64,000 nucleotides of DNA, taken from the NCBI GenBank assembly GCA_046045965.1, contig JBJOKS010000009.1:32001-96000 (forward strand). Direction: 5' to 3'. Under the pieces are notes generated by a model. It did not search any database. It was given only the letters and a program-made list of their open reading frames with translations, and was not told the origin of the DNA. How positions within the stretch are numbered: position 1 is the stretch's first letter; each line of letters starts with the position of its first letter. The position numbers were made by a program, and so were the translations under genes. Source of the DNA: Cyanobacteriota bacterium (GTDB lineage: Bacteria; Cyanobacteriota; Cyanobacteriia; Cyanobacteriales; Nostocaceae). Positions 41,760 through 51,352 of the stretch are shown one piece after another.

Positions 41760-41936
41760 ATGACCCAAGTGGTTCTAGGAGAAAACGAAGGTATAGATTC
41801 AGCCCTACGTCGGTTTAAACGCCAAGTGTCAAAAGCTGGTATTTTGGCTGACGTAAAGTATCGTCGTCACTTTGAAACCCCCCTGGAAAAGCGCAAACGT
41901 AAAGCAGTCGCAGCTAGACGAAAACGTCGTTTTTAA
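41760..41936 (+). CDS. rpsU: 30S ribosomal protein S21 (paralog 2; not in ORF track)
   Basis: Hand translation: [64 protein letters not shown] upstream. Confidence 0.95.
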   Translation: MTQVVLGENEGIDSALRRFKRQVSKAGILADVKYRRHFETPLEKRKRKAVAARRKRRF

Positions 41937-42185
41937 ACCTATTCGGTTTGGTATTAGCGTTGCTTGAAGAAATTAATTACAACAAGCACAATTGCTTTGC
42001 CATATTCTTAGAAAAATTACCCCAGCTGTGACGCACCCCTTGTTGATGGTCTAAATATTATTTTTCAACTTTCTGCTTCAGCCTGTTAACTTGGTTAGAT
42101 GGAACAAGCGAAAATCGCTATCCATCAACCAAAAACAAGCTGCTGATAGCAGAATATGGCTTACGCCACGCTATGCTATCAGGAG

Positions 42186-42818
42186 TCAGGATTCCACAGT
42201 GCAGCTATTACAACGATTCATCGCCTTTTCTACACCCTGCTTCAAACTGAGTTCCACACAGTCAACCACAAAGTCCAGCACCTGAGACATCAATTTATTT
42301 TCCGTAGCCGAAAACCGCCCCAAAACATGAGAAACAGTGTCACCATTATCGTCATTAGCAGCACCTTTGGGTTTACCAATACCGATGCGTAAGCGGGGAA
42401 AATTTTGACTGCTCAAATGGGAAATAGTGCTTTTCATACCGTTATGTCCGCCAGCCGAACCAGACAAACGCAGACGAGTTTTTCCTAAAGGTAAATCCAT
42501 ATCATCATAAATTACCAGCACTGATTCAGTCGGCAATTTATACCAACTTGTTACCGCTTGTATAGACTGTCCAGAACGGTTCATATAGGTTAGGGGTTTC
42601 AAGAGGCGAATTTTACCGCCACCTGGTGCAGTACCTTCGCCAAACTGTCCTTGAAACTTGCGATTTTCTGCCAGGGAAATTTGCCAAGCACGAGCAAGAC
42701 TATCTATAGCCGCAAAGCCAATATTATGGCGCGTTTGGTCATACTTAGGCTCTGGATTCCCCAACCCGACTATTAGCTGGGGAATTACCAAAGCAGCTTG
42801 GGTAACAGCTTCTGTCAT
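42186..42818 (-). CDS. pth: Peptidyl-tRNA hydrolase
   Basis: LIVGLGNP, TRHNIGF, KPLTYMNRSG, GGHNGMKS, RLRIGIG. Confidence 0.97.
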   Translation of the reverse strand: MTEAVTQAALVIPQLIVGLGNPEPKYDQTRHNIGFAAIDSLARAWQISLAENRKFQGQFGEGTAPGGGKIRLLKPLTYMNRSGQSIQAVTSWYKLPTESVLVIYDDMDLPLGKTRLRLSGSAGGHNGMKSTISHLSSQNFPRLRIGIGKPKGAANDDNGDTVSHVLGRFSATENKLMSQVLDFVVDCVELSLKQGVEKAMNRCNSCTVES

Positions 42819-42838
42819 TTTTGCTATACAATATTTTC

Positions 42839-43105
42839 CTAGCTGGTAGCAGATGAACCCGCATTATCTTGTTTAGCAGATTCAATTTGCTTAGGTTCAA
42901 TTTCAGCAGTAGTTTTTACAGTTTGTTCCAATTGTTCTGCTTCTCGTTTAAACTCACTTTGAAATTCATTAGAAGCTTCTTGGAAACTGCGAATGGTTTT
43001 ACCCAAACTCCGACCAATTTCTGGTAGCTTCTTGGGTCCGAAGATTAATAAGGCCACTACCATAATTACAGCCATTTCTGGCAGACCGATACCAAATATA
43101 TTCAT
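42839..43105 (-). CDS. tatA: Twin-arginine translocase TatA/E
   Basis: FGIGLPEM...ALLIFGPKKLPEIGRSLGK. Confidence 0.95.
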   Translation of the reverse strand: MNIFGIGLPEMAVIMVVALLIFGPKKLPEIGRSLGKTIRSFQEASNEFQSEFKREAEQLEQTVKTTAEIEPKQIESAKQDNAGSSATS

Positions 43106-43169
43106 TTCTACCTACAAGGGATAAGGTATTTATAGATAATCTTAGCTGATTGCTGATAACTGATTACTC

Positions 43170-43190
43170 AAAAACCCGGACAAGCCGGGT
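43170..43190 (-). terminator. Rho-independent terminator after psbH
   Basis: Minus strand reads acccgg-cttgt-ccgggt followed by a T run. Confidence 0.7.
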
Positions 43191-43232
43191 CTATGGTTAC
43201 TTGTGATCCAAGTTATAATGGCTGTATAGCAA

Positions 43233-43436
43233 TTAGCCGCCTAGACTGCGCCAGTCAACAAGTACATCCTGAATTAACAGTGACTTGTTGTAAACTTGCA
43301 GAATAATTAGCAAAAACACGAAAAATAAGCCCATAAAAACACCCATTAAAGGTGTTGTACCCCAACCTGGAGATACTTTACCATATTCAGCGTTTAAGGG
43401 TCTGAGGATATCTCCCAACTTAGTCCGTTGTGCCAT
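43233..43436 (-). CDS. psbH: Photosystem II PsbH
   Basis: [24 protein letters not shown]. Confidence 0.97.
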   Translation of the reverse strand: MAQRTKLGDILRPLNAEYGKVSPGWGTTPLMGVFMGLFFVFLLIILQVYNKSLLIQDVLVDWRSLGG

Positions 43437-43504
43437 AGTTCACCTAAGATCAGTTGCCAAAGCTTTTTTTAATTTTCTTATTCCCCACTGTAGGGTGCTG
43501 CAAT

Positions 43505-43600
43505 ATTTCAGCAGGATTTTTACCTTACGTCTGGGATGTTCTGACTATGACGATAATACCACTATCAGGGTAGGGTCGTTTACCTGAGTTTGCTGAATGC
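43505..43600. ncRNA. Probable psbNH structured RNA motif
   Basis: Between divergent psbH and psbN, where this motif is reported. Outer stem ttcagca (43507-13)/tgctgaa (43591-97), inner stem tcagggta/tacctga. Strand and ends uncertain. Confidence 0.55.
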
Positions 43601-43668
43601 GGAAATAGTATTTACGTTAAGTTTTGTAATATTCTAGAAGATAGCTCTCATAATATAACTCTAAATTT

Positions 43669-43806
43669 ATGGACTTAGAACCCGGTTTAGTGCTTGGTGT
43701 TTCCTTCTGTGCCATTCTTGTTGCTATCACTGGTATGGCAATTTATACTTCTTTTGGTCCTCCAAGCAAGGAATTAGGCGATCCTTTTGAAGATCACGAA
43801 GATTAG
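43669..43806 (+). CDS. psbN: PsbN (not in ORF track)
   Basis: Hand translation: MDLEPGLVLGVSFCAILVAITGMAIYTSFGPPSKELGDPFEDHED*; divergent from psbH. Confidence 0.96.
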   Translation: MDLEPGLVLGVSFCAILVAITGMAIYTSFGPPSKELGDPFEDHED

Positions 43807-43829
43807 AAAGGTGCTTAATGTGATATGAT

Positions 43830-43850
43830 GGTGGGCATTGCCCACCCTAC
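43830..43850 (-). repeat. GTAG-type REP hairpin
   Basis: Minus strand reads gtag-ggtgggca-a-tgcccacc. Confidence 0.75.
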
Positions 43851-44058
43851 TGTACATTATTTGATATCTTATTTTACATGGCTTGAGGATTTTTACTAAG
43901 AATCTTGGGTAAAAAAAACAGTAAAATTATTAAAAATACTCTTGACAAGTTTTCAAGTTTTCTGTTAGTGTTTAAGTATAGTGGGAATCCGTGCGCGCAT
44001 ATATATAAGGTTTTGTTTTCCCAAGAATATTTTTGTCTGAATCAGGATTTCCAGGATT

Positions 44059-47000
44059 TTAGGATTTACAGGATGTTGTTGAATGATTGTTGGTTGGGAA
44101 GTTGAAGATTTTTTTTGTCATTATTTCAAAACTTGCTATTTTCCAAGGTGCGATTTTTTCAATTTCTTGATTTATCGGTCTTTCCAATAAATCAACTGCT
44201 TCCCCGAAATCAAAAAAGTCACTTTCTAAACCTAACTCTGCTGTTTTTCCGTGACATTCATAAAAACGAAGAATCAATTTTTGACTATCATCTTCACTGG
44301 GTTTTAAAGCCATTACAATTAAATTATCTGCTGATAACTTGAGAAAACTTTGATTTTGATAAATGCTAATTTCAGATGTTGGAATTTCTGGATTTACTAA
44401 CACATTTAATGGTATATTTAATTCATAACCTTTTTTCACTGTATCCGCTTCTTCCCAACTACCAAGATGAGGATATAAACTATAAGTAAATTCGTGTATT
44501 CCTCTATCAGCTTGAGGGTCTGGCCAGTTGGGACTTCTGAGCAGTGTTAAACGGAGTTGATTGGTTTTTGCATCGTAACCATATTTACAATCATTCAGAA
44601 GACTAAATCCGTATTTTCCGCTTTCTGTGTCTGCGGTTAAATCTGCCCATTTTAAAGCGGGGACTTCCCATTTTGCTTGTTCTGCGGGGGTTTGGGGGTT
44701 TGTAGGACGACGAATAGCACCGCAGGGAATTTCATAAGTGGCAAATTCAGCGTTAAGATTGAGAGGAAAAGCTGTTTTAACTAATACTTGATTTTCCTGC
44801 CAATTTACAGTATTATTAACTTTGAGAATTGGGGAAGCGGTTTGTAAAATGTAATCTTGAGCAAATTCCGATTTCCCAAGTTGACGAACTACCCGCAAAC
44901 GTTGTTGTATTTTTCCATGTTCTAACCATTGAATTGATTTTAATTCGGTTGGAGGTAGGGGTTTGGTGTTATAATTTGGATCAATATTCCAAGCATCCCA
45001 ATATTGTCCACTGTCTGCAAAAGCTTGGAGTTGGTTTCCTGCACCGTTTAAAATTTCCCGTTGTTGGGTTTTGTCGAATAAGCTTTCTAAGTCTCCGGTT
45101 TCTGGGTTGACTTCAACTCGCAGATATTCATTTTCCAATTTCCAGTTTTTGGGAAGTTCGTTTTTTTCAATGTGGGAATTTTCAGATGTGGGAGAAAGCC
45201 AATATATTTGATATCCTATTGATGGAACGGTTGCGAGAAATAAGAGAGAGTTTTCGCTTTGTTGGGATGGAAGTTTGTTTCCCTCAAAGTCGTAAATTTC
45301 CCAGGTTGGGTTAATGTAACCCTCAGAATGGAATTCTGGAGCTACACAAACAAAGTCCACCTGCGCGGACTGGGATTCTGTTATGATGTTGGGTAGTGTA
45401 ACGCTGACGACTTCCGAGCGTTCCCAGTTGAGAGAGTTAAAAATTATGACAGGTATGCTATTGGGTTGGGGTGGTTGTGGTAAATTGATGTGAGATGTGA
45501 TCGCTCTTAAAGATTCATCTAATATTTTCCTTCCCACTTTTTCCACTGCTTCCCATTCCGGTAACGCATCCTGGTAAACTTGAGTAATGGAAGAACCGGG
45601 GAGAATATCGTGAAACTGGTTAAACAAAACTTGTTTCCAAGCTGTTTCTATTTCTGCTTTTGGATATGGGAGACTACAGGTAACAGTTGCGAGAGTTGCG
45701 AATAACTCAGCTTGATATAATAGATGTTCAGATTTACGATTGAAGCGTTTTTGGTCTGCGTGGGTAGTATAACATCCGCGATGAAATTCTAGATATAACT
45801 CATCTTCCCATACTGGCAGATTTTGGGGCAGATTTTCCGACTGAGATTTTATTTGTTGTAAATAATTTTCCGCAGTTGTAAATTCCAACTTAGGAAAAAT
45901 GGGAGAATGTTCCCAGCGTCGTGCTACTTCTAGCATATCACGAGTTGGACCACCACCATGATCACCGACACCAGGAAGCCAAAGCGCATCATTTAAACCC
46001 GTTTGAGTTTTCCACTCACACAGATAATTAGCCATTTTAACAGGGTTGATAGTTTCGCCGATAGGTGCAGACATATAACTTAATATTTGACTACCATCGA
46101 GCGATCGCCACCAAAATAAACCATAATCAAACTTAGTCGTATCATTCCAGCGTAGCTTTTGGGTGACAAAAAACTCAATTCCTGCTTGAGTTAAAAACTG
46201 GGGTAAAGTTGCACAAAAACCAAAAGTATCAGGAACCCAAACTATGGGAGATATTTTCCCGAACTTCTGCAAAAAATAACGCTGACCATATAATAATTGT
46301 CTAACAATAGACTCACCAGAAATCAAATTTAAATCAGGTTCAACCCAAAAACCCCCCAAAACTTCCCATCTTCCTGATTTTACCTGATTTTGAATTTCTG
46401 CAAATAACTGAGGACGATTTTTTTCAACCCAAGCATATAAAGCCGGTGTAGTATGACAAAAAATCAACTCTGGAAAATCTCCCTGTAATTGTAACACAGA
46501 AGCAAAAGTATTTTCTGCTGCCTTCCAAGTTTCCGCAACAGGCCATAACCATGCTAAATCTAAATGAGCATGACCCAACAAATATATTTTATAATTTTGA
46601 ACGCCGATAAACGCAGATGAACGCAGATAGACTTCTCGTATTTTCAGCAGAAAACTTTTCCAAACTTCTTCCTTCTCTTCCTCTGCGTCCTCTGCGTCTC
46701 TGCGGTTCGTTACCTCTTCAATACCTGCAACCAAACCAACTAAACCCTGTGGTGAAAACCTTTCTAAAATAATTTGAGCGATCGCCAACTCATCAGCAAC
46801 AAAACCAGCATCTACATCATTGTAATCCAAAGACTCAAAAATTAAAAGCGATCGCATTAACGCCCCGTCACAATGTCCTGGACTCACCAACCGCACCGCA
46901 ACAAAAAAAGTATCTCCAGGATTGACCCCTTGACTTAGAAGCACCCTTGGTGAAGAATCAAATAAATCACCTGTTAATACCAGATTACCATTAACATAAA

Positions 47001-47319
47001 CTTCAGCAGCATCAGCCCACCAAACCAAAGCCAACCGCAAAGACAAACCAGATAAAGGATAACCTTGCAAATTTTCGGGAACAACGAACTTTTGCGCTAA
47101 CCAAATTACCTGCTTTCCACCTGTCCAAGCAATATGAGATTTTTCATTTAGCTCAACAGGTTGCCAGTTAGATAAGTTTGATTTTATCACCTCAGCAATT
47201 TCCCAGTCAACTTGCTGATAGAACCAAGAAAATTGAACATCAACTTGACAGCAAGAGCGTAATTTTTCTATTGCTTCTGATATAGATTTATTTTCAGACG
47301 GAGATAGAGAAAAAGTCAT
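44059..47319 (-). CDS. Alpha-mannosidase, GH38
   Basis: GHAHLDLAWLW, GESIVRQ, WVPDTFG, GVGDHGGGP, ELYLEFHRG, NQFHDILPGSSI, LLNDCKYG. Confidence 0.95.
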   Translation of the reverse strand: MTFSLSPSENKSISEAIEKLRSCCQVDVQFSWFYQQVDWEIAEVIKSNLSNWQPVELNEKSHIAWTGGKQVIWLAQKFVVPENLQGYPLSGLSLRLALVWWADAAEVYVNGNLVLTGDLFDSSPRVLLSQGVNPGDTFFVAVRLVSPGHCDGALMRSLLIFESLDYNDVDAGFVADELAIAQIILERFSPQGLVGLVAGIEEVTNRRDAEDAEEEKEEVWKSFLLKIREVYLRSSAFIGVQNYKIYLLGHAHLDLAWLWPVAETWKAAENTFASVLQLQGDFPELIFCHTTPALYAWVEKNRPQLFAEIQNQVKSGRWEVLGGFWVEPDLNLISGESIVRQLLYGQRYFLQKFGKISPIVWVPDTFGFCATLPQFLTQAGIEFFVTQKLRWNDTTKFDYGLFWWRSLDGSQILSYMSAPIGETINPVKMANYLCEWKTQTGLNDALWLPGVGDHGGGPTRDMLEVARRWEHSPIFPKLEFTTAENYLQQIKSQSENLPQNLPVWEDELYLEFHRGCYTTHADQKRFNRKSEHLLYQAELFATLATVTCSLPYPKAEIETAWKQVLFNQFHDILPGSSITQVYQDALPEWEAVEKVGRKILDESLRAITSHINLPQPPQPNSIPVIIFNSLNWERSEVVSVTLPNIITESQSAQVDFVCVAPEFHSEGYINPTWEIYDFEGNKLPSQQSENSLLFLATVPSIGYQIYWLSPTSENSHIEKNELPKNWKLENEYLRVEVNPETGDLESLFDKTQQREILNGAGNQLQAFADSGQYWDAWNIDPNYNTKPLPPTELKSIQWLEHGKIQQRLRVVRQLGKSEFAQDYILQTASPILKVNNTVNWQENQVLVKTAFPLNLNAEFATYEIPCGAIRRPTNPQTPAEQAKWEVPALKWADLTADTESGKYGFSLLNDCKYGYDAKTNQLRLTLLRSPNWPDPQADRGIHEFTYSLYPHLGSWEEADTVKKGYELNIPLNVLVNPEIPTSEISIYQNQSFLKLSADNLIVMALKPSEDDSQKLILRFYECHGKTAELGLESDFFDFGEAVDLLERPINQEIEKIAPWKIASFEIMTKKIFNFPTNNHSTTSCKS
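45320..45371. repeat. Two-hairpin dispersed repeat inserted in frame in the mannosidase gene
   Basis: cagaat-gga-attctg and agtcc-acctgcgc-ggact hairpins; encodes SAQVDFVCVAPEFHSEG. Confidence 0.65.
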
Positions 47320-47483
47320 AAGAAATTAACAATTAATGTAAAAATTCCGATGAGGATGGGGATTGTCTAAATTAAACTTACTTGATCTGATTTTCCGTTA
47401 TGATAATGGCATTGACTGACGATAACTAACAGTTTTGTGGGAGTCTCAAAACTCAAGAACATTCAAACCAACCAATATCTATC

Positions 47484-48947
47484 ATGTCTTCTGGTTCCTC
47501 TAGTCGTTATCAAAGTAAAGTATTTAACTTTATCAACCAGCATTCTCAGCGGTTGAGTCAACAGTGGGAAAACACGATCCGAAATTTGCAAGTTGCTACT
47601 AAATGGAGTGTGGAGGCGCTACTTTACCCACTTTACCAGATGTTTCAGCCAGATGAACTGACGGGAAAAAGGCTACAAACCAAACCGAAACAACCCCAAC
47701 CACAGTTACAAGCAGAAACTCCCCCACCTGCTGATGCTCCAATTCAGCAAGTGTTAGAGTTAGTTAAAAATCTACCATCTGCGGCCGCTTCGGAAACACA
47801 AACTTCACAAAATGTCAAACCTTTAGCTTTCTTGGGTGATACCCTGGGGAAAGTCGCTACCCGTCTAGGGTGGTCAAAATCTCATCCTCCGCAAATTCCA
47901 CAGCCAGAAAATACTTTACAATACCATATACCAACGGTACAGGGAATTGCTGTGAAATTGGAAAATCGCCATTTGGTGCTTGTGAGCGAAAATAACAAAG
48001 TGCTAGATGTTTTGACAATTCAACAACAAGGAAAATTAGCCGATAGCATTAATAGTGAAGTAGCTGAATATTGGCATTCTTTAAAGTTAGCCGCAGTCAG
48101 GAAAGAGCAGGAATTATTACCAGAAATTGATCGCATTTTGACCAAGTTAACTATTAATAATAATAGCACAACTGATTTACCTGAAAGCAATAATTTTAAC
48201 GTAAATATACAATCTGCTTATCCTGGCAAAATTTTAGCATTTCTAGATACAGCCTTAGCGAAATTGGAAGCTAAAACTATTGTACCTGTAAAACAACGCA
48301 GTCAGGAAATTATTCAAATAGCTCAAACGCAATTGGATATATTTATTTATGGAAAAGAACAAGTAGAAGCCAGAGGAGAAATTTCCGTTAATGCTGATGG
48401 TTTGGAAAATCAAACTTTGAATATTTCCGCATTAATTGAAGCTGCGATAAATCACTTTTTTGGTGGGAGAAAAATTCCCAAGTTTGCAGAAAACGAAACT
48501 TTCCAGAAACTACCTGCCAAACCCGTCAATAAAGTTTATCAAAATAGTCAGTTACAAACATCAAATTTAATTGCAGATTCTTGGTTAACTTGGGGTGATT
48601 TATTTGGGAATGTAGACATAAATTCTGATGATGGAAATCTAGGTTTAACGACTAATTCATTTACAGAAGATCACCAAAAAGAATTATTACCCAAATCAGA
48701 ACAGCGTTTATTTAAACGTCAAAAATCAACTAAAGGAAATACTCAATACAGTGTTGAAAATGAGAGAGAACCAGAAAAACAACAATATCAATTACAACCA
48801 GATTGGATAGAAACAACTGCAACATTTATAGGGTATGAAAAGCATCCCTTAGAGGAGATTTTAGCATGGTTGGATCATATAATGCTTTGGATAGAAATGA
48901 TATTTATGAATATGATTTATTTCTTTAAAGGGTTGTTGCAAGTTTAG
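47484..48947 (+). CDS. Hypothetical protein
   Basis: 487 aa; SRYQSKVFNF N-terminus, PPPADAPI, C-terminal WIET.A..IGYEKHPLE.IL.WLD. Confidence 0.8.
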   Translation: MSSGSSSRYQSKVFNFINQHSQRLSQQWENTIRNLQVATKWSVEALLYPLYQMFQPDELTGKRLQTKPKQPQPQLQAETPPPADAPIQQVLELVKNLPSAAASETQTSQNVKPLAFLGDTLGKVATRLGWSKSHPPQIPQPENTLQYHIPTVQGIAVKLENRHLVLVSENNKVLDVLTIQQQGKLADSINSEVAEYWHSLKLAAVRKEQELLPEIDRILTKLTINNNSTTDLPESNNFNVNIQSAYPGKILAFLDTALAKLEAKTIVPVKQRSQEIIQIAQTQLDIFIYGKEQVEARGEISVNADGLENQTLNISALIEAAINHFFGGRKIPKFAENETFQKLPAKPVNKVYQNSQLQTSNLIADSWLTWGDLFGNVDINSDDGNLGLTTNSFTEDHQKELLPKSEQRLFKRQKSTKGNTQYSVENEREPEKQQYQLQPDWIETTATFIGYEKHPLEEILAWLDHIMLWIEMIFMNMIYFFKGLLQV

Positions 48948-48957
48948 TTATCTTCAT

Positions 48958-49020
48958 ATCCCCGACTTCTACCAGAATGTTACATCTAAATAAACATAAT
49001 TTTTCAAAGAAGTCGGGGAT
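48958..49020. repeat. 13-bp inverted repeat element (atccccgacttct / agaagtcggggat)
   Basis: Between convergent genes; degenerate relative at 18573-18604. Confidence 0.75.
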
Positions 49021-49035
49021 CTAGGAATTTATAAA

Positions 49036-50100
49036 TTAAGCTACACAAATTCCATATTGGGGTAGTAAGTCGTGAATGATGTAAAATTGATGTGCTTCTA
49101 AAGCGTCGTGAAATAATTTCCAATTGCTGACCAAGAAACTGGGATGATAGGGAAAAATTTCATTTCCTCTATCAACCGTGTTTTCAGTTCCCAAAGCTTG
49201 GTATTTCCAGGAACCTTTACCTTTAGGAATATAGTTAATATTAGCTGTACCAAAACTAAATTTACCTTGGGAAATAGCATCTAACCATTTTTGATGACGA
49301 ACATGGCCTTTAACATCTGTAATATTTTCCAACATCCAAGCAATTAAACCTTTATCTGATTCTGGTAATCCTGGTACAATAGCATCAGGATCACCTTTTA
49401 AATAACGCTGCATAACCTTACACATATTATCAGCAGCTTCCAGAAAATCTTGAGGATTATTGCGTCTAATTTTTTCACCTCTACCATTAATATAACCCCA
49501 ACGTAAATAAGGCTGATCAGGATGAGTGAGAACCGCACCATGTCCTAAAGGTAAAGCTTCACTAACAAAATAATTTTTTAATCTATCCATTAAATTTTTA
49601 TCAGGTTTGTCATTTTCATCAAGTAATTTTTTCGCTTCATTTACCCGATGGTTCACACCAGCAAAACCTTGATGCGCCCAAGTATCAACATAAACGTGCA
49701 TTGTAATACCCAAACGATGTAAACTATAAGCAGTTTCACGACGGTTGATACACTCCTTGACCATCTGCTGTGCAACATCACTATTAGGACGACAAATCAA
49801 TTTTTCAATAAACTTTCCTTCTGGGTCTTCACCTGCTTTTTTACCGCCATTTCCTGGTAAAAAATGAAAAGGAATCCAAACATGATAATTTGCTAATTCC
49901 TGAAAGTTGCGATAATCTAGCATTTTATGAGCGGAACTGATGCGGGTAAACATCGCACCATTATCGAATTTTATTAAACCGCTATTAATTGCATCATCTA
50001 CATATTGAGCGCAGTAAGCCACTATACTAGCATCTTCGTGGTTAAAACCCGCTAGTCGCGCTACTACGTAGGTGACACCATGATGAAAGTCTATTTGCAT
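49036..50100 (-). CDS. DUF6765-like protein, possible Zn-dependent phospholipase C/P1-nuclease fold
   Basis: MQIDFHHGVTYVVARLAGF, AQYVDD, PFHFLPG, LGITMHVYVDTWAHQGF, LGHG. Confidence 0.65.
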   Translation of the reverse strand: MQIDFHHGVTYVVARLAGFNHEDASIVAYCAQYVDDAINSGLIKFDNGAMFTRISSAHKMLDYRNFQELANYHVWIPFHFLPGNGGKKAGEDPEGKFIEKLICRPNSDVAQQMVKECINRRETAYSLHRLGITMHVYVDTWAHQGFAGVNHRVNEAKKLLDENDKPDKNLMDRLKNYFVSEALPLGHGAVLTHPDQPYLRWGYINGRGEKIRRNNPQDFLEAADNMCKVMQRYLKGDPDAIVPGLPESDKGLIAWMLENITDVKGHVRHQKWLDAISQGKFSFGTANINYIPKGKGSWKYQALGTENTVDRGNEIFPYHPSFLVSNWKLFHDALEAHQFYIIHDLLPQYGICVA

Positions 50101-50243
50101 CTTGAGTCAGTTATGAATTAGTGAATTTACTTATAGACTACAACGATTTGGTCATCGTTAGTTATCATACCCAGATATCCAACTTCACAATAAAATTTCA
50201 TCTGCGTTTATCTGCGTTTATCTGCGTTTGAAAATTTTCCATT

Positions 50244-51209
50244 TCACCACAACATCCGATTCAAAAAATGTTGTAACAACTTGATCCCCTCCGGCTCATG
50301 ATAATCTGTAGGTAACAAATCCCGTATTGCTTGCTGTAAATTTTCCAACGCGGCATCTATTTCCTGACGCTTTGGTCTTGTAGTTGGGGAAAAATATAAA
50401 GGTTCAGCCACCCGAATTGTTAACTTTTTTCTCAAAAACAGGTCATGAGTACCAATTAATGCTATGGGTACAATTGGCACTCCAGCCCGCAACGCATAAA
50501 TTACAGTTCCTCGTTTTAGGGGATGCAAATGACCCTCAGCAGTTCCCAGTCGTCCTTCGGGAAAAATCATCAACCCATCCCCACGGGCTAAAATTGCGGC
50601 AACAATGCGATCTATGCGGCGTATTGTGTGGATATCTCCACCAGAATTAACAGTATCTTTAATAACTTGAGCAAGTTCTGTTAAATCATCTCGTCCGGCT
50701 TGAGCAGCAGCAATCACAGCTTGTTCTTCACCCCAAATGCGTTCTAAAGGGATGACACCACCTGCAAAACCTAAAATCCAGCGTTTCCACCATTTGTTAT
50801 AGAGAGTGCGGGCATCACCGAGAATATAATAGTGTGGCTGGGTAGGTATTTCTGCGAGTAAAACTAAGGGGTCGATGTGATGAAGATGGTTAGCAGCTAA
50901 AATGGCTGGTGTGGGTGGGATATTTTCGATGTTTTCGACTTTGACACTGAATAGGGAATGAATGAGCGATCGCACTACCCAACGTCTAATTTTAGCATTA
51001 ACTCGCGGTTCCGAATATCCCTGAGTAATAGCAGATAGCCCATTGAGAGTAGTGTCTATAGTATGACGAATAGAGCGATGGCTACGCCCGCCGAAGGCAT
51101 CGCTCGCCGCAGCCACACCTTCCCATACCCGCTTAATAGCAGCCTCAGTTAAAGGCGGTAAATTCTCCAACTCGTTATTATTTTCCATCTTGAGAATATA
51201 CTTTAACAA
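50244..51209 (-). CDS. Lysophospholipid acyltransferase (PlsC family)
   Basis: ANHLHHIDP (HxxxxD), IFPEG, VPIVPI. Start may be ATG 51188. Confidence 0.88.
   Translation of the reverse strand: MLKYILKMENNNELENLPPLTEAAIKRVWEGVAAASDAFGGRSHRSIRHTIDTTLNGLSAITQGYSEPRVNAKIRRWVVRSLIHSLFSVKVENIENIPPTPAILAANHLHHIDPLVLLAEIPTQPHYYILGDARTLYNKWWKRWILGFAGGVIPLERIWGEEQAVIAAAQAGRDDLTELAQVIKDTVNSGGDIHTIRRIDRIVAAILARGDGLMIFPEGRLGTAEGHLHPLKRGTVIYALRAGVPIVPIALIGTHDLFLRKKLTIRVAEPLYFSPTTRPKRQEIDAALENLQQAIRDLLPTDYHEPEGIKLLQHFLNRMLW
51078..51098. mobile_element. 21-nt SDR-like insertion splitting a HIP1 site, in frame
   Basis: GCG[atggctacgcccgccgaaggc]ATCGC; deleting the 21 nt restores GCGATCGC and keeps the frame. 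Confidence 0.75.
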
Positions 51210-51254
51210 CCCAGTCCCCAGTCCCCAGTACCCAGTCCCCAGTCCCCAATCACC
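51210..51254. repeat. STRR1-type (CCCCAGT)n
   Basis: About 6 heptamer units seen directly. Confidence 0.85.
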
Positions 51255-51352
51255 AAAATTTCTGTAATTCCTCCCACAGTTAGAAGCTATTTTCCCTACA
51301 ATGTACGTTGATAGGCTAATAGCTTGCTGGGAAAGTAGGTAAAAAATTAACC

